Position numbers and translations under genes: made by a program
Notes under the pieces: generated by a model
The model's database searches: none
What the model was told of the DNA's origin: nothing
What the model saw: only the letters and a program-made list of their open reading frames with translations
Shown: positions 40,623 to 41,518 of the stretch, in pieces
Layout: each line of letters begins with the position of its first letter
Position numbering within the stretch: the first letter of the stretch is position 1
Assembly: GCA_900128585.1 (NCBI GenBank)
Contig: LT642177.1
Span: 1 to 41,518 of the forward strand
Source: Stramenopiles sp. TOSAG23-3
Taxonomy: Eukaryota
DNA length: 41,518 bases
Direction of reading: 5' to 3'

Positions 40623-41103
40623 CTATTTTTCCGTCGACACCGTCCCAATCCAAGAGGCAATTAATGTATACGAAACGGAGCAAAACTATTAACAAATGAA
40701 CAATTTAATTGTTTTTCTCGTCACCATGTCTTTCTGTGCACTACGGTGTTTTCAATTTAGTTCATTTCATTTTTGTAAGTGCGTATATTTTTTCATGTGA
40801 TTTTATTACTATAGTTAACAAACGACGGGCACGGATATTTATTAACCTGCTGTTATTTTTATTATATTATTTTATAATAGAAATCTGATGATGTGATTGT
40901 GATTATTTTTTTATTTATATTTTTTATTTAATAATATGAGAACCCTCCTATTCTATCATAATATAGCATTATATAGACTCTCTATTCTTTATCTCATACA
41001 ACACATAGACTACTACATGGATAATGATGATGATCAATGATATTATTGTTCCTGAGGCCTGAGGCGTACATGGTAATAATAAAGTGTAATTATTAATTAT
41101 ATA

Positions 41104-41383
41104 AAAACAAAAAATTATTATTGGCTGTTTTATTTTTTACGTAGTAATTAAAATTTAGCTTTCTCATGTACCGCGAAAATGAATCTGCTCCTTTTGTCCA
41201 TTAAAGGTATACGTTCCTTCATGTACTGCGAAATGATCTGTACCATTGTGATTTCACTGATCAATATACCCATATATGTGTGTGTGGGGCACACGTTGTC
41301 ACTTAGTCTTGACTATCATTCCCAGATGTACTCCATGCATGATCCGAATCGGTAGGTGGATTAGCAATGCTTTCAACTGACCC
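41104..41383. repeat. Dispersed modular repeat family, locus 4
   Basis: 41168-41193 is identical to 10289-10314 (26 nt). 41346-41383 matches 10481-10518 at 31/38. TTCCTTCATGwACTGCGAA occurs at 41214 and 10411. Confidence 0.8.
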
Positions 41384-41429
41384 GTAATTATACCCATTTT
41401 AATAATGTGGGCATAAAAATATATTAGCA

Positions 41430-41518
41430 TCAGGGCTCTGGATATTCCGTGCCTATCTCCCAACGGCCCTGCCAATGGACTATGCCACCGAAGCAGCCAA
41501 CATCGCGCCCCTTACCCG
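41430..41518 (-). CDS. 3' end of a CDS running off the window edge
   Basis: GC-rich open frame GKGRDVGCFGGIVHWQGRWEIGTEYPEP* followed by an abrupt shift to AT-rich sequence. Too short to identify. Confidence 0.45.
   Translation of the reverse strand, partial: GKGRDVGCFGGIVHWQGRWEIGTEYPEP

Noticed and set aside
41100-41432. Selenoprotein C-terminus (CCC TGA TGC TAA on the minus strand) with a downstream SECIS
   Set aside because: I could not fold a SECIS core with a paired helix II, and the same repeat blocks follow genes with ordinary ends. A SECISearch run would settle it.
1-41518. Prokaryotic or giant-virus origin
   Set aside because: Spliceosomal introns, cyclin, ciliary and U-box genes, and long microsatellite-rich spacers indicate a eukaryotic nuclear genome. 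No viral hallmark genes were seen.

Overview
This is eukaryotic nuclear DNA from a gene-dense, intron-poor genome. GC-richer, mostly single-exon CDSs alternate with very AT-rich spacers carrying microsatellites, and there is one 72-N scaffold gap. Ciliary-type genes (SHIPPO-repeat, CSPP1/CCDC66-like) and two secreted GH28 enzymes suggest a flagellated heterotrophic protist, possibly a marine stramenopile (inference only). About 21 protein-coding loci are supported. No rRNA, tRNA, CRISPR array or intact transposon was recognised. Highlights: (1) a spliced 868-aa cytosolic Ubl-LRR-IRAK/Pelle kinase-RING protein that the ORF track splits in two; (2) adjacent, co-oriented KpsF-type SIS isomerase and PfkB sugar kinase genes, both with apparent mitochondrial presequences; (3) a bacterial-type GNAT-like gene; (4) a modular dispersed repeat family found just downstream of stop codons, with a separate TAGACTA motif found upstream of genes; (5) a two-PDZ gene broken by one extra G; (6) a back-to-back junction of two 5'-truncated genes near 34725. 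All family calls come from motif recognition by eye; no database search was run.
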